64,000 nucleotides of DNA from Hyphomicrobiales bacterium (lineage in GTDB: Bacteria > Pseudomonadota > Alphaproteobacteria > Rhizobiales > Xanthobacteraceae). The translations under genes were made by a program, and so were the position numbers. Shown piece after piece: positions 1 to 9,675 of this stretch. The notes beneath the pieces are model-generated. The model was given only the letters and a program-made list of their open reading frames with translations. It was not told the DNA's origin and searched no databases. The stretch is from contig JAFKKN010000001.1 of assembly GCA_017305535.1 (NCBI GenBank), forward strand, positions 233,145 to 297,144. Direction: 5' to 3'. The first letter of the stretch is position 1. The number at the start of each line of letters is the position of its first letter.

Positions 1-181
1 CCGCCGCGTCGTCGGGAATTTCGCAGCCGAATTCTTCCTCGAAAGCCATCACCAGTTCGACGGTATCCAGGCTGTCGGCGCCGAGGTCGTCGATGAAGCT
101 CGCGTTGTCGACCACCTTTTCGGGCTCAACACCAAGGTGTTCCACCACGATCTTCTTAACCCGCTCGCCAATCTCGCTCAT
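1..181 (-). CDS. acpP: Acyl carrier protein (partial; 3' end lies beyond the window start)
   Basis: Minus-strand translation from ATG at 181 gives [60 protein letters not shown], with the DSLD phosphopantetheine-attachment motif. It lies downstream of fabD-fabG as in the conserved fab cluster. Confidence 0.9.
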   Translation of the reverse strand, partial: MSEIGERVKKIVVEHLGVEPEKVVDNASFIDDLGADSLDTVELVMAFEEEFGCEIPDDAA

Positions 182-470
182 CGTTCAACCTCGTGCTTGT
201 TCAATTGGACTCGACCGTTGGACGATACGAGCCGTCGTGGTGCTTAACTAGTTAGATCCCGTCGTAGCTGCGCTCTGTTGCAATCGCTCCGTCGCAACCC
301 ACGGAGACCTCGCGAACGACGTCAGGTCCGGCAACGCCAATATACATGGTTTCGGAATCCTGCAATGGCTTCTTTGCCTACCCATCGGCGTCCGGTTACC
401 ATACTTCCCCAGCCTTGACTATATGGCCCGGGACATGGTCCACGGTTGCCCGAATACGCCGTGAAATACC

Positions 471-1208
471 TCAAATCATCGCCATTCCGCCGTTGACGTG
501 GATGGTCTGGCCGGTGACGTAGGCCGCTTCGTTCGAACTCAGATAGACCGCCGCGGCGGCAATGTCGTCCGGCGTGCCAAGCCTGCCGGCGGGAACCTTG
601 GTCAGGATCGTTTCGCGCTGCTTCTCATTGAGCACATCGGTCATCGGGGTCGCGATGAACCCCGGCGCAATGCAGTTCGCGGTGACGTTGCGACGGGCAT
701 ACTCGGCGCCCAGCGTCTTGATCATGCCGATCAGACCGGCTTTCGACGCGGTATAATTGCCCTGCCCCGGATTGCCGGTGACGCCGACCACCGACGTGAT
801 CGCGATGATACGACCGAAGCGCTTGCGCATCATCAGTTTGGTCGCGGCGCGGGTCAGGCGGAATGTCGCGGTGAGATTCACCTTGATGACATCGTCCCAG
901 TCTTCATCGCGCAACTGCACGAACAGATTGTCGCGGGTGATGCCTGCGTTACAGATCAGAATGTCGACCTGTCCCATCGCCTTTTCGGCAGCGGGAATCA
1001 GCGCCTCAACGTCGGCGGTATCGGCAAGATTGCACGGTAAAACGTGGCTACGATTGCCGAGTTCACCGGCCAGCTTCTCAAGCTGCTCGCGCCGCGTTCC
1101 GGAGACCGCCACCGTTGCGCCCTGCGCGTAGAGCGCCTTGGCGATTGCACCGCCGATGCCACCACTTGCACCGGTGACGAGCGCGGTTCTGCCAGTCAGA
1201 TCGAACAT
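471..1208 (-). CDS. fabG: 3-oxoacyl-[ACP] reductase (SDR family)
   Basis: 245-aa ORF with Rossmann motif TGASGGIGGAIA and catalytic YTASKAG (YxxxK). Positioned between fabD and acpP. Confidence 0.93.
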   Translation of the reverse strand: MFDLTGRTALVTGASGGIGGAIAKALYAQGATVAVSGTRREQLEKLAGELGNRSHVLPCNLADTADVEALIPAAEKAMGQVDILICNAGITRDNLFVQLRDEDWDDVIKVNLTATFRLTRAATKLMMRKRFGRIIAITSVVGVTGNPGQGNYTASKAGLIGMIKTLGAEYARRNVTANCIAPGFIATPMTDVLNEKQRETILTKVPAGRLGTPDDIAAAAVYLSSNEAAYVTGQTIHVNGGMAMI

Positions 1209-1241
1209 CGAATTCTCCTTCGTGCGGCGTCGCCGCTCAAT

Positions 1242-2201
1242 TCAAGCCGGACGCGCCGCAGCCAACGCATCCTTGGCGGCAGCGATATCATTGGGGCCGC
1301 CCACCGCGACGCCAACGGCGCCGTCAGCGATCCGCTTGACGAGACCGCTCAATACCTTGCCAGCGCCGATTTCGAGGAAATGCGTCACGCCCTGCGACGC
1401 CATAAAGGCAATCGATTCCCGCCAGCGCACAGTGCCGGTGACCTGTTCGACAAGCCGTTTGCGAATCTCTTCCGGATCGGAAATCGGCGCGGCCAGCACA
1501 TTGGACACCAGCGGCACCACCGGACGATTGACAGTTACTTCGGACAGTGCCTTCGCCATCACGTCGGCGGCCGGCTGCATCAAACGACAGTGGAACGGCG
1601 CGGATACCGGCAGCAGCATGGCCCGCTTGGCGCCTTTGCCCTTGGCAATCTCGGTAGCCCGCTCGACCGCCGCCTTGTCGCCGGAGACGACCACCTGACC
1701 GCCGCCATTGTCGTTGGCAGCCTGGCAGACATCGCCCTGAGCGGCCTCCTCGGCCACGGCCACAGCGGTCTCGTAATCGAGCCCGAGCAACGCCGCCATG
1801 GCGCCAACGCCGACCGGAACCGCCTTCTGCATCGCAAGGCCGCGGGTCCGCAGCAGGCGGGCGGTATCGCTGATGGAAAAGCTCCCCGCCGCAGCCAGAG
1901 CCGAATATTCGCCCAGCGAATGCCCGGCCACGAAAGCTGCGTCCTTCGCCACCGAAATTCCGGCTTCGGCTTCCAGCACCCGCAGCGTCGCCAGCGACAC
2001 CGCCATCAGCGCCGGTTGGGCGTTTTCCGTCAGTTGCAAGGTCTCGCCGGGGCCTTCCCAGATGATCGTGCTGAGCTTTTCTCCCAGCGCCGCATCGACT
2101 TCCTCGAACACCGCACGCGCGGCGGGAAAAGCCTCCGCGAGAGCCTTGCCCATGCCGACCGTCTGGGAACCCTGTCCCGGGAAGGTGAATGCTGCGGTCA
2201 T
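1242..2201 (-). CDS. fabD: Malonyl-CoA:ACP transacylase
   Basis: 319-aa ORF with FPGQGSQ and GHSLGEYSA active-site motifs; clustered with fabG and acpP. Confidence 0.93.
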   Translation of the reverse strand: MTAAFTFPGQGSQTVGMGKALAEAFPAARAVFEEVDAALGEKLSTIIWEGPGETLQLTENAQPALMAVSLATLRVLEAEAGISVAKDAAFVAGHSLGEYSALAAAGSFSISDTARLLRTRGLAMQKAVPVGVGAMAALLGLDYETAVAVAEEAAQGDVCQAANDNGGGQVVVSGDKAAVERATEIAKGKGAKRAMLLPVSAPFHCRLMQPAADVMAKALSEVTVNRPVVPLVSNVLAAPISDPEEIRKRLVEQVTGTVRWRESIAFMASQGVTHFLEIGAGKVLSGLVKRIADGAVGVAVGGPNDIAAAKDALAAARPA

Positions 2202-2322
2202 CTGCGCCCCTGAAATCCTGTAAGTGGGCCGAAAGACACTGCCATCGGGCTTTATGTCAAGGAGGTGACTTCCGCTGTTCCACCAATTGGCCCATAAAAC
2301 CGCCGTTTCTCACCGCTTTCCC

Positions 2323-2350
2323 TTGCAAAGCCTGGCGAAATCCGTATAAA
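2323..2350 (+). promoter_or_regulatory. Candidate sigma-70 promoter for rpsF-rpsR
   Basis: TTGCAA (2323-2328), 16-nt spacer, TATAAA (2345-2350), about 190 nt upstream of rpsF. Pattern match only. Confidence 0.3.
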
Positions 2351-2542
2351 CCGCGCCATCCGTGGATCCCGGCCGGGAGCTGAACGGACGATCTCAGCAT
2401 TTTCACTTCTCTAGCGATCTTGATGAGATAGGACCGATCGGTCCGTCGTCCCGTGCTTCCGCCTTCTGAGCGTTCGAGTCCTTTCCGAAGGGTTCGAAGG
2501 GCTTGCCGCCGGGAACCGCGCTAACACTTGGAAAGGACACCC

Positions 2543-2998
2543 ATGCCTCTTTATGAGCATGTTTTTCTCGCGCGTCAGGACGCGAGCGCCCAGCAGGTCG
2601 AGGAACTGACCACGCAAATCACCGGCGTGATCGAGAGCCTCGGCGGCAAGGTCACCAAGACCGAGAACTGGGGCGTGCGCTCCCTCACCTACCGCATGAA
2701 CAAGAATCGCAAGGCGCACTTCGTGCTGCTCAACATCGATGGCCCGGCAGCCGTGGTCACCGAGATCGAGCGTCAGGAGCGTATCAACGAAGACGTCATC
2801 CGCTATCTGACCGTTCGCGTCGAGGAACTCGAGGAAGGTCCGTCGGCGATGATGCGCAAGGCCGATCGCGACCGTGATCGCGACGACCGTGGCGGCGGCT
2901 TCCGTGGCGACCGCGAAGGTGGTGGCTTCCGTGGCGATCGTGGTCCGCGCCGCTCGCGTGACGATGCCGATGCTTCCGCAGCAGCTTCTCAGGAGTAA
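2543..2998 (+). CDS. rpsF: 30S ribosomal protein S6 with Arg/Gly/Asp-rich C-terminal tail
   Basis: Start placed at ATG 2543, preceded by GGAAAGGA. Translation [23 protein letters not shown]... is typical S6. Followed by rpsR. Confidence 0.93.
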   Translation: MPLYEHVFLARQDASAQQVEELTTQITGVIESLGGKVTKTENWGVRSLTYRMNKNRKAHFVLLNIDGPAAVVTEIERQERINEDVIRYLTVRVEELEEGPSAMMRKADRDRDRDDRGGGFRGDREGGGFRGDRGPRRSRDDADASAAASQE

Positions 2999-3243
2999 TG
3001 ACCATGGCTGATGCAGGTGCTCGCCGTCCGTTTTTCCGTCGTCGCAAGACCTGCCCGTTCACGGGCCCGAATGCGCCGAAGATCGACTACAAGGATTCCA
3101 AGCTGCTGATGCGTTACGTCTCCGAGCGCGGCAAGATCGTGCCGAGCCGTATCACGGCCGTGTCCGCCAAGAAGCAGCGTGAGCTGGCCCGCGCCATCAA
3201 GCGCGCCCGCTTCCTCGGCCTGCTTCCCTACGTGATCCGCTAA
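2998..3243 (+). CDS. rpsR: 30S ribosomal protein S18
   Basis: 81 aa, ...[13 protein letters not shown]...[22 protein letters not shown].... The ATG overlaps the rpsF stop (TAATG). Confidence 0.93.
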   Translation: MTMADAGARRPFFRRRKTCPFTGPNAPKIDYKDSKLLMRYVSERGKIVPSRITAVSAKKQRELARAIKRARFLGLLPYVIR

Positions 3244-3250
3244 TTCGATA

Positions 3251-3287
3251 CCGGCCGCGGCGTTCGCGCCGCGGCCGGCTTTTTTTG
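3251..3287 (+). terminator. Rho-independent terminator after rpsR
   Basis: Perfect 12-bp GC stem CCGGCCGCGGCG / CGCCGCGGCCGG with a TTCG loop, followed by CTTTTTTT. Confidence 0.85.
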
Positions 3288-3372
3288 AAACCTTCATAAG
3301 GCTTCCGGGACACCGGTTGCCGACAGTTGGGGCCTCAAGGCCCCTAACCGCTCGAAGGGGGCGGGACAGCTC

Positions 3373-4335
3373 ATGATGATCGGCCTTCTCATCGCCATTG
3401 CAGCCGGCTGCGCTTCAGCGCTGATGTTCGCCTCGATCAGTTCGGGCGCGCTCATCTCGCTGCTGCTGTTCTATCTGGCACCGCTGCCGCTGATGCTGGC
3501 AGCGATTGGCTGGGGACCGGCCGGCGCCGCGATCGGCGGCGTTTTGGCGGGTGGCACGCTCGGCCTGATTTTCAGCCTGCCCTATCTGGTCGCATTCCTG
3601 TTGGCGGTTGCCTTGCCGGCGTGGTGGCTCGGCCGTCTGGTTTTGCTGGGACGACCGGTGGCTGGAGGAGCCGCCGCCGGGGCTGCCGCTCCCATCGACG
3701 CAGTCGAATGGTATCCCGTCGGACGCCTCCTGCTCTGGATCGCGGGCTTTGCTGCTCTCACCACGATGTCCGCTCTCTTCACGCTCGGCACCGACAGCGA
3801 AACTATCGCGGCCGGGCTTCGCCATGGCCTCGGACGCATCCTGCAGATGCCGTCCGCCCCAACCGAATCGACACAGATCATCGATGCACTCGCGGCGATC
3901 GCCCCGGCAGCGGCGACGATCATCGCAATGACGACGCTGACGCTGAACGTCTGGCTTGCCGCCTATGTGACGTCGGCATCGGGGCGATTGCGGCGGCCGT
4001 GGCCCGCGCTGCGCGACGTCAACATGCCGCCGATGACGCTGGTGGCGCTGTTTGTCGCGCTTGCCATGTGCTTCACCGGTGGGCTGGTGGCGCTGCTCGC
4101 GCAAATTGCCACTGCCGCGCTGATGCTGGGCTACGCCCTGACCGGCTTTGCCGTCCTGCACACGATCACGCTGGGCATCAAAAGCCGGGGCGTCTTGCTC
4201 AGCTTTGCCTATGCCCTGGTGCTGGTATTCGGCTGGCCGGTCATTGCCATGATCGCGCTCGGCATCATCGACGCCTTCTTCGGCATCCGTCAACGCTACC
4301 TGCAACGCAGACCGCCACCTCTTTCCCCTACCTGA
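3373..4335 (+). CDS. Polytopic inner-membrane protein (DUF2232-like) in the rpsR-rplI slot
   Basis: 320-aa strongly hydrophobic ORF with multiple predicted TM helices. A membrane protein commonly sits between rpsR and rplI in alphaproteobacteria. Confidence 0.7.
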   Translation: MMIGLLIAIAAGCASALMFASISSGALISLLLFYLAPLPLMLAAIGWGPAGAAIGGVLAGGTLGLIFSLPYLVAFLLAVALPAWWLGRLVLLGRPVAGGAAAGAAAPIDAVEWYPVGRLLLWIAGFAALTTMSALFTLGTDSETIAAGLRHGLGRILQMPSAPTESTQIIDALAAIAPAAATIIAMTTLTLNVWLAAYVTSASGRLRRPWPALRDVNMPPMTLVALFVALAMCFTGGLVALLAQIATAALMLGYALTGFAVLHTITLGIKSRGVLLSFAYALVLVFGWPVIAMIALGIIDAFFGIRQRYLQRRPPPLSPT

Positions 4336-4374
4336 ACACTCCAACCCAACATCGCTTCAAACAGGAGATCCATC

Positions 4375-4971
4375 ATGGAAGTCATTCTACTCGAACGTGT
4401 CGCCAAGCTCGGCCAGATGGGCGATGTCGTCCGCGTCAAGGACGGTTTCGCCCGCAACTTCCTGCTGCCGCGCAACAAGGCGCTACGCGCCACCACCGAT
4501 AACCGTGCCAAGTTCGATGGCATGAAGGCCGAACTGGAGGCGCGCAACCTGAAGGCCAAGGGTGAAGCAACCCAGGTCGCGGAGAAGATCGACGGCCGTA
4601 ACGTCGTCATCCTGCGTCAGGCGTCGGAAACCGGCCAGCTGTTCGGATCGGTGTCGGTGCGCGATATCATGGCCTCGTTCGAAAGCGACGGCATCACGCT
4701 GAGCCGCAGCCAGGTGCTGCTCGACCACCCGATCAAGACCATCGGCCAGCACGGCGTATCCATTGCCGTGCATCCGGAAGTCGAGGTGTCGGTGAGCGTC
4801 ACCGTGGCCCGCAGCGCCGACGAAGCCGAGCGCATCAATCGCGGTGAAGACGTCAGCAGCCGTCAGGAAGATCTCGACGCCGCCGCAGAAGCGCTGGCCG
4901 CGGCCGGCGAGTTCTTCGATCCGGAAGCGCAGCACGACGACGAGCGCGAAGGCGAAGCCTCGGAGTCCTAA
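4375..4971 (+). CDS. rplI: 50S ribosomal protein L9
   Basis: [40 protein letters not shown]... is a canonical L9 N-terminus. Has an acidic C-terminal tail. Confidence 0.93.
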   Translation: MEVILLERVAKLGQMGDVVRVKDGFARNFLLPRNKALRATTDNRAKFDGMKAELEARNLKAKGEATQVAEKIDGRNVVILRQASETGQLFGSVSVRDIMASFESDGITLSRSQVLLDHPIKTIGQHGVSIAVHPEVEVSVSVTVARSADEAERINRGEDVSSRQEDLDAAAEALAAAGEFFDPEAQHDDEREGEASES

Positions 4972-4987
4972 GCTCCATTCAGACGTC

Positions 4988-5045
4988 AAATGGCCAGACT
5001 CGACACCTGATAATTCAGGTTCAAGTCTGGCCATTTCTATTTGTT
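4988..5045 (+). terminator. Rho-independent terminator after rplI
   Basis: 13-bp stem AAATGGCCAGACT / AGTCTGGCCATTT enclosing a smaller inner hairpin (ACCTGA..TCAGGT), followed by a T-rich tract. Confidence 0.7.
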
Positions 5046-5087
5046 ATTTATGATATTTACTAAGTCAGCCGCCGCAATTTTCGAAGC

Positions 5088-5873
5088 TTAGTCGGCTTTC
5101 GTATCCGATGGCTTGGGCTCCGAAGTCTTTGGCTCGGCTGCCTTTGGTTCAGACGTCTGGGGCGTGACCGAACTCGGTTCGGGCGCTTTAGGTTCTGCGG
5201 CTTTCGGCTCTGCCGCCGGAGTCACGGCTGGCACCGGATCGGGCCGTTGCGCCGCCGGCGCATTGTTATTTGCAGGCTCCGATTTCGACGAAGGCGAACC
5301 GGCATTGTCCGGTTTCCCACTGTCGCTTCCAGCAGCGTTATGCGGGGACTGTTGCGGAGCGTTTTCCTGACGCGGTGCAGTCTTGCTTTTTTTCGCCTTC
5401 GCCTTGTGCTTGGTGCTTGTCTTCCGACCAGAGTGTTGCGACGCCTCCCCGGCATTATCCGGCACCGCAGTCTGCGCAGCCGGCTGCCGCTGGAACGGCC
5501 ACCAGCTATTCTGCGAAGGCGCAGGCTGAGGTGCCGCTGGTGCAGCAACGGCGGGCGCCGCTTCCCGACCGCGACGCGGCTTCTCGGCGGCGCCTGAACG
5601 ACGATCGACAGCCCCGTTAGCCAACAGATAGCCGCTCAACGCACCGGCCATGTCGCTACTGGTCGTGTAATGCTGACGCAGGAATGTGGGCAGCGCATTC
5701 GGCGGTACCGATTTCACCAGGCCGCGCGCGCTCTTGTGGCACACCGTGCAGGCACCGTTGAAAATCTGTGCCGGGCTTTTGCCGGCCTCGAGGTTTTGGG
5801 CCTGCACCGCCGCGGGCACCGAAAAACAGATCGTCATCGCCAGTGCGGCGGAGCCAAGCGTCCGGCCAAGCAT
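5088..5873 (-). CDS. Exported c-type-cytochrome-like protein with long Pro/Ala/Lys-rich tail
   Basis: Start at ATG 5873, with GGAGG 5 nt upstream. Has a signal peptide (MLGRTLGSAALAMTICFSVPAAVQAQ) and a single heme motif CTVCH. The C-terminal half is low complexity with EPKAAEPK-type repeats. Confidence 0.7.
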   Translation of the reverse strand: MLGRTLGSAALAMTICFSVPAAVQAQNLEAGKSPAQIFNGACTVCHKSARGLVKSVPPNALPTFLRQHYTTSSDMAGALSGYLLANGAVDRRSGAAEKPRRGREAAPAVAAPAAPQPAPSQNSWWPFQRQPAAQTAVPDNAGEASQHSGRKTSTKHKAKAKKSKTAPRQENAPQQSPHNAAGSDSGKPDNAGSPSSKSEPANNNAPAAQRPDPVPAVTPAAEPKAAEPKAPEPSSVTPQTSEPKAAEPKTSEPKPSDTKAD

Positions 5874-6289
5874 ACTATCCTCCAAATGTCGAAACCGTTA
5901 CCTCGCGGGACTTCGTCCTCGCATTGCCGCAACGCAGCAAGCCGGATATCGACCCGTACTGGTACGCGTACAAATCCACAGATGTCCAAGTCTACAGACG
6001 ACGTCCGCGTCCACATTCGCCGTGGGATGTCTCGGGGGATTGAGCCGTCACACCACTGGCGCGCTGCATCTTTTATCTTATTGCGGCGCGAATGGAAGTA
6101 CGCGGATGTAAATGAAGCGGCCTCGGAGCATGGCGATTTGGGATATCCCATGTGCAGCCACGGCACTGGAACAGAGCCCATACCGGCACTAATATCCCTG
6201 GATGCGCCAGATTGCGCACAAGGGTCCACGCTGGACAACGATGGACCCGCACCTCTGGCGCGCGTCTGATCGACCGTTGGGTGGTGGCG

Positions 6290-7540
6290 ATGGACCGTGT
6301 GTTACAGTTTTTTCTCAGCCGATATATCCGGCGCGGGACAATGACAGTTACGACCGCAAGCGGTTTCCGCTTCACGTGCGGTGATGGCACCGGGCAAGCA
6401 GTAGCATTGCGGTTCATGACCCGGGCAGCGGAAAGACAGGTTCTGCTCGACCCCGAACTGGCTTTCGGCGAGGTGTATACCGAAGGCACGCTTATTATCG
6501 AACAGGGCTCGATCGCGGATGTTCTGGCGGTCGCCCTCGATCAGCCCGACATGATTCCACGCTGGGCCAAGCTGCAGTGGTGGCTGCGCTATCTGGTTCG
6601 TAACATCCAGCAGTTCAATCCGCGAAGCCGCTCCAAGGACAATGTAGCGCGGCATTACGATCTGGACGGCAAGCTCTATTCGCTCTTTCTCGACAGCGAC
6701 AAGCAATACAGCTGTGCCTATTTCGAGACGCCGGAATCGTCGCTCGACGATGCCCAGCTTGCCAAGAAGCGTCACCTGGCAGCCAAACTCCTTGTGACGA
6801 ACGGCCAACGCATCCTCGATATCGGATCTGGCTGGGGTGGGCTCGCGCTCTACCTGGCGGATATAGCTTCAACCAGGGTTACCGGCATCACATTGTCGCG
6901 CGAGCAATTCGACGTCTCGCAAGCGCGCGCAAGCGAGCGGCCGCGTGCGAGCGCTCCGACGTTCCTGATGCAGGACTATCGCGATATTCCCGGGCCGTTC
7001 GACCGCGTCATTTCGGTCGGCATGTTCGAACACGTCGGCGTCGATCACTATGACACCTTCTTCAAACGTTGCGCCGAACTGCTCACCGATGACGGCGTGA
7101 TGATGCTGCATTCGATCGGACGCTCCGAGGGCCCAGGCATCACCAATCCCTGGATCGCCAAGTACATCTTCCCCGGCGGTTACATCCCGGCATTGTCGGA
7201 AGTCCTTCCCGCCATCGAGCGCGCCGGGCTCCTGGTGTGCGACATCGAGATCCTGCGGCTGCACTATGCGGAAACGCTGAAGGCCTGGCGCGAGCGCTTC
7301 CTCGCGCGACGCGAGGAAGCGGCCGCGCTGTACGACGAACGGTTCGTGCGGATGTGGGAATTTTATCTGGCCGCCTCGGAGATGTCGTTCCGCAAACAAA
7401 ATCTGATGAATTTCCAGATTCAGATCACTAAGCGGCAAGGCATTGTGCCGATCACACGCGACTACATCATGCACGAAGAGGCAAGGTTGCGCGGCATCGA
7501 ACGCCGCAGCCGCCCGAGGTTGCAAATCGCCGGCGAATAG
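6290..7540 (+). CDS. cfa: Cyclopropane-fatty-acyl-phospholipid synthase family SAM methyltransferase
   Basis: SAM motif ILDIGSGWGGLALYLA; ...VGMFEHVG...HSIGR...FPGGYIPALSE... is typical of the CFA synthase family. Start set at ATG 6290 (MDRVLQFF...). Confidence 0.85.
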   Translation: MDRVLQFFLSRYIRRGTMTVTTASGFRFTCGDGTGQAVALRFMTRAAERQVLLDPELAFGEVYTEGTLIIEQGSIADVLAVALDQPDMIPRWAKLQWWLRYLVRNIQQFNPRSRSKDNVARHYDLDGKLYSLFLDSDKQYSCAYFETPESSLDDAQLAKKRHLAAKLLVTNGQRILDIGSGWGGLALYLADIASTRVTGITLSREQFDVSQARASERPRASAPTFLMQDYRDIPGPFDRVISVGMFEHVGVDHYDTFFKRCAELLTDDGVMMLHSIGRSEGPGITNPWIAKYIFPGGYIPALSEVLPAIERAGLLVCDIEILRLHYAETLKAWRERFLARREEAAALYDERFVRMWEFYLAASEMSFRKQNLMNFQIQITKRQGIVPITRDYIMHEEARLRGIERRSRPRLQIAGE

Positions 7541-8093
7541 GCCGTCGGAAAATCAGGAAAATTAAGCGGATCAGAAAACTTGTCGAACCGACCGTTGCCA
7601 GCGGGTAGCGACAGGTGCGCCAGCACCGCATCCCGTGTTTTCGCGCACGAAACCGGAGCGCACCGCCCGAGGCCCTCACTGACTGCTGTCGCATCCAGCA
7701 CCTCGACCAGAGAACCAAGCCAGCCATCCCATCTCTCGGATATCGGCATCTGTTCGTCGCGTACCACGGTTAGCTCCTCACCCGGCTGGGCTTTTCCCGG
7801 CTGGCGGATATCCAAACGCCTGAAGCGCAGGCAAGGTTCCGCCGGTCTCCTGGAATATTGGTCGAGCGAGTCACACGGATGGTTCAGTCAAGGGGGACCC
7901 TTCTGTGGGCGAATGGACCACCACACCAGCGTCAAGTGGTATAAGATGGCGCGGAATCGTTCCGCACCGTTTTTTACCTAACGTGTGAATAAGGCAGATC
8001 GCTGCTTTCTCCACGCGCGCGGGCAGTGCTTCTATTCGCCGCCGCTCCGAGCGGCCCAGCTTCCGACACATCCGAGAGAAACCATCGTCCGCC

Positions 8094-9593
8094 ATGTCGT
8101 CCCTTGATTCCAACGTTCTCAAGCTTGCCCCGGATGCCGCCAGCCCGTCCTACCGGACCGCGCCGCATAACATCGAGGCCGAGCAGAGCGTTCTAGGCGC
8201 CATCCTGATCAACAACGACGCGTTCTACCGGGTCTCGGATTTTCTCGAGCCGAAGCATTTCTTCGAACCGATCCACCAGACGATCTTCGAAACCTCCGCC
8301 AGCCTGATCCGTGCCGGCAAGGTGGCGACGCCGGTGACGCTGAAAACCTTCCTGCCCGCCGACATCGATCTTGGTGGTGGTATGACGGTCGGCCAATATC
8401 TTGCGCGTCTTGCCGCCGAAGCCACGACCATCATCAATGCCGCTGACTACGGTCGCACCATCTACGAGTTGTCGCTGCGACGCGACCTGATCCACATCGG
8501 CGAGGATATGGTCAACGTCGCCTATGATGCTCCGGTCGATTTCGCGCCGCGCGCACAGATCGAGGATGCCGAGCGCCGTCTGTATGAACTCGCTGAATCC
8601 GGTCGTTACGACGGCGGCTTCCAGCGTTTTTCGCAAGCCATGAAGGTCGCTCTCGACATGGCGGCGAATGCCTATCAGCGCGACGGAAAGCTGTCCGGCA
8701 TCGCCACCGGCCTGCGCGACCTCGACACCAAGATGGGCGGCCTACAGCGCTCCGACCTCTTGGTTCTGGCCGGTCGTCCCGGCATGGGCAAGACCGCGCT
8801 CGCGACCAACATCGCCTACAACATCGCCCGGGCCTATCGCGGCGAAACCCAAGCCGATGGCACGATGAAGACGATCAACGGCGGTATCGTCGGCTTCTTC
8901 TCCTGCGAAATGTCGGCGGAGCAGCTCGCCACCCGTATTCTCGCCGAGCAAACCGGTATCGCTTCCAGCACGATCCGCCGTGGTGGCATCACGCAGAACG
9001 AGTTCGACAAGATCCGCGACCACACGATCCAACTTGAACACCTGCCGCTTTATGTCGACGAGACCGGCGGCCTGTCGATCTCGCAGCTCACCGCCCGCGC
9101 CCGGCGGCTGAAGCGGCAAAAAGGGCTCGACGTGATCATGGTGGACTACATCCAGCTTCTGCAAGGCTCCGGCAAACGCTCGGACAATCGCGTGCAGGAA
9201 GTCACTGAGATCACCACCAACCTGAAGGCGTTGGCCAAGGAACTGAACGTCCCGATCGTCGCGCTGTCGCAATTGTCGCGTCAGGTCGAGAACCGTGACG
9301 ACAAACGACCGCAGTTGGCCGACCTTCGTGAATCCGGTTCGATCGAGCAGGACGCCGACGTCGTCGTCTTCGTCTATCGCGAGGAATACTACCTCCAGAA
9401 CAAGGAGCCGCGCCCCGGCACGCCCGAGCACGAGAAGTGGCAGACCGATATGGACCTCGCGCATGGCAAGGCTGAAGTTATCATCGGCAAGCAGCGACAC
9501 GGCCCCACCGGAACGGTCGAACTGCACTTCGAAGGCCAGTTCACGCGGTTCAGCGATCTCGCCCACGACGGCAACCTGCCCGACCGCACATAA
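8094..9593 (+). CDS. dnaB: Replicative DNA helicase
   Basis: 499 aa; N-terminus PHNIEAEQSVLGAILINN, Walker A LAGRPGMGKTA, ...SQLSRQVENR.... Confidence 0.95.
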   Translation: MSSLDSNVLKLAPDAASPSYRTAPHNIEAEQSVLGAILINNDAFYRVSDFLEPKHFFEPIHQTIFETSASLIRAGKVATPVTLKTFLPADIDLGGGMTVGQYLARLAAEATTIINAADYGRTIYELSLRRDLIHIGEDMVNVAYDAPVDFAPRAQIEDAERRLYELAESGRYDGGFQRFSQAMKVALDMAANAYQRDGKLSGIATGLRDLDTKMGGLQRSDLLVLAGRPGMGKTALATNIAYNIARAYRGETQADGTMKTINGGIVGFFSCEMSAEQLATRILAEQTGIASSTIRRGGITQNEFDKIRDHTIQLEHLPLYVDETGGLSISQLTARARRLKRQKGLDVIMVDYIQLLQGSGKRSDNRVQEVTEITTNLKALAKELNVPIVALSQLSRQVENRDDKRPQLADLRESGSIEQDADVVVFVYREEYYLQNKEPRPGTPEHEKWQTDMDLAHGKAEVIIGKQRHGPTGTVELHFEGQFTRFSDLAHDGNLPDRT

Positions 9594-9675
9594 GCCGGAG
9601 TTTGAAACGATGCCGGGCGACGCGTAGTCTTCGGATCGAGATAGGAAAATCGCGCGTAATACATCGCGCGAGGAA

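Noticed and set aside
300-345. GTCAGGTCCGG in the acpP-fabG intergenic region resembles the conserved SRP RNA core
   Set aside because: The remainder of the 4.5S/SRP consensus (GGAAGGAAGCAGCC and the closing helix) is absent.
7462-8122. Two minus-strand ORFs (7462-7815 and 7871-8122) in the 550-bp gap between cfa and dnaB
   Set aside because: The first would overlap the convergent cfa 3' end by ~79 nt and resembles no family I know. The second has AT-rich third positions atypical for this genome and overlaps the dnaB start. I treat the region as non-coding (dnaB promoter region), though a small gene or sRNA cannot be excluded.
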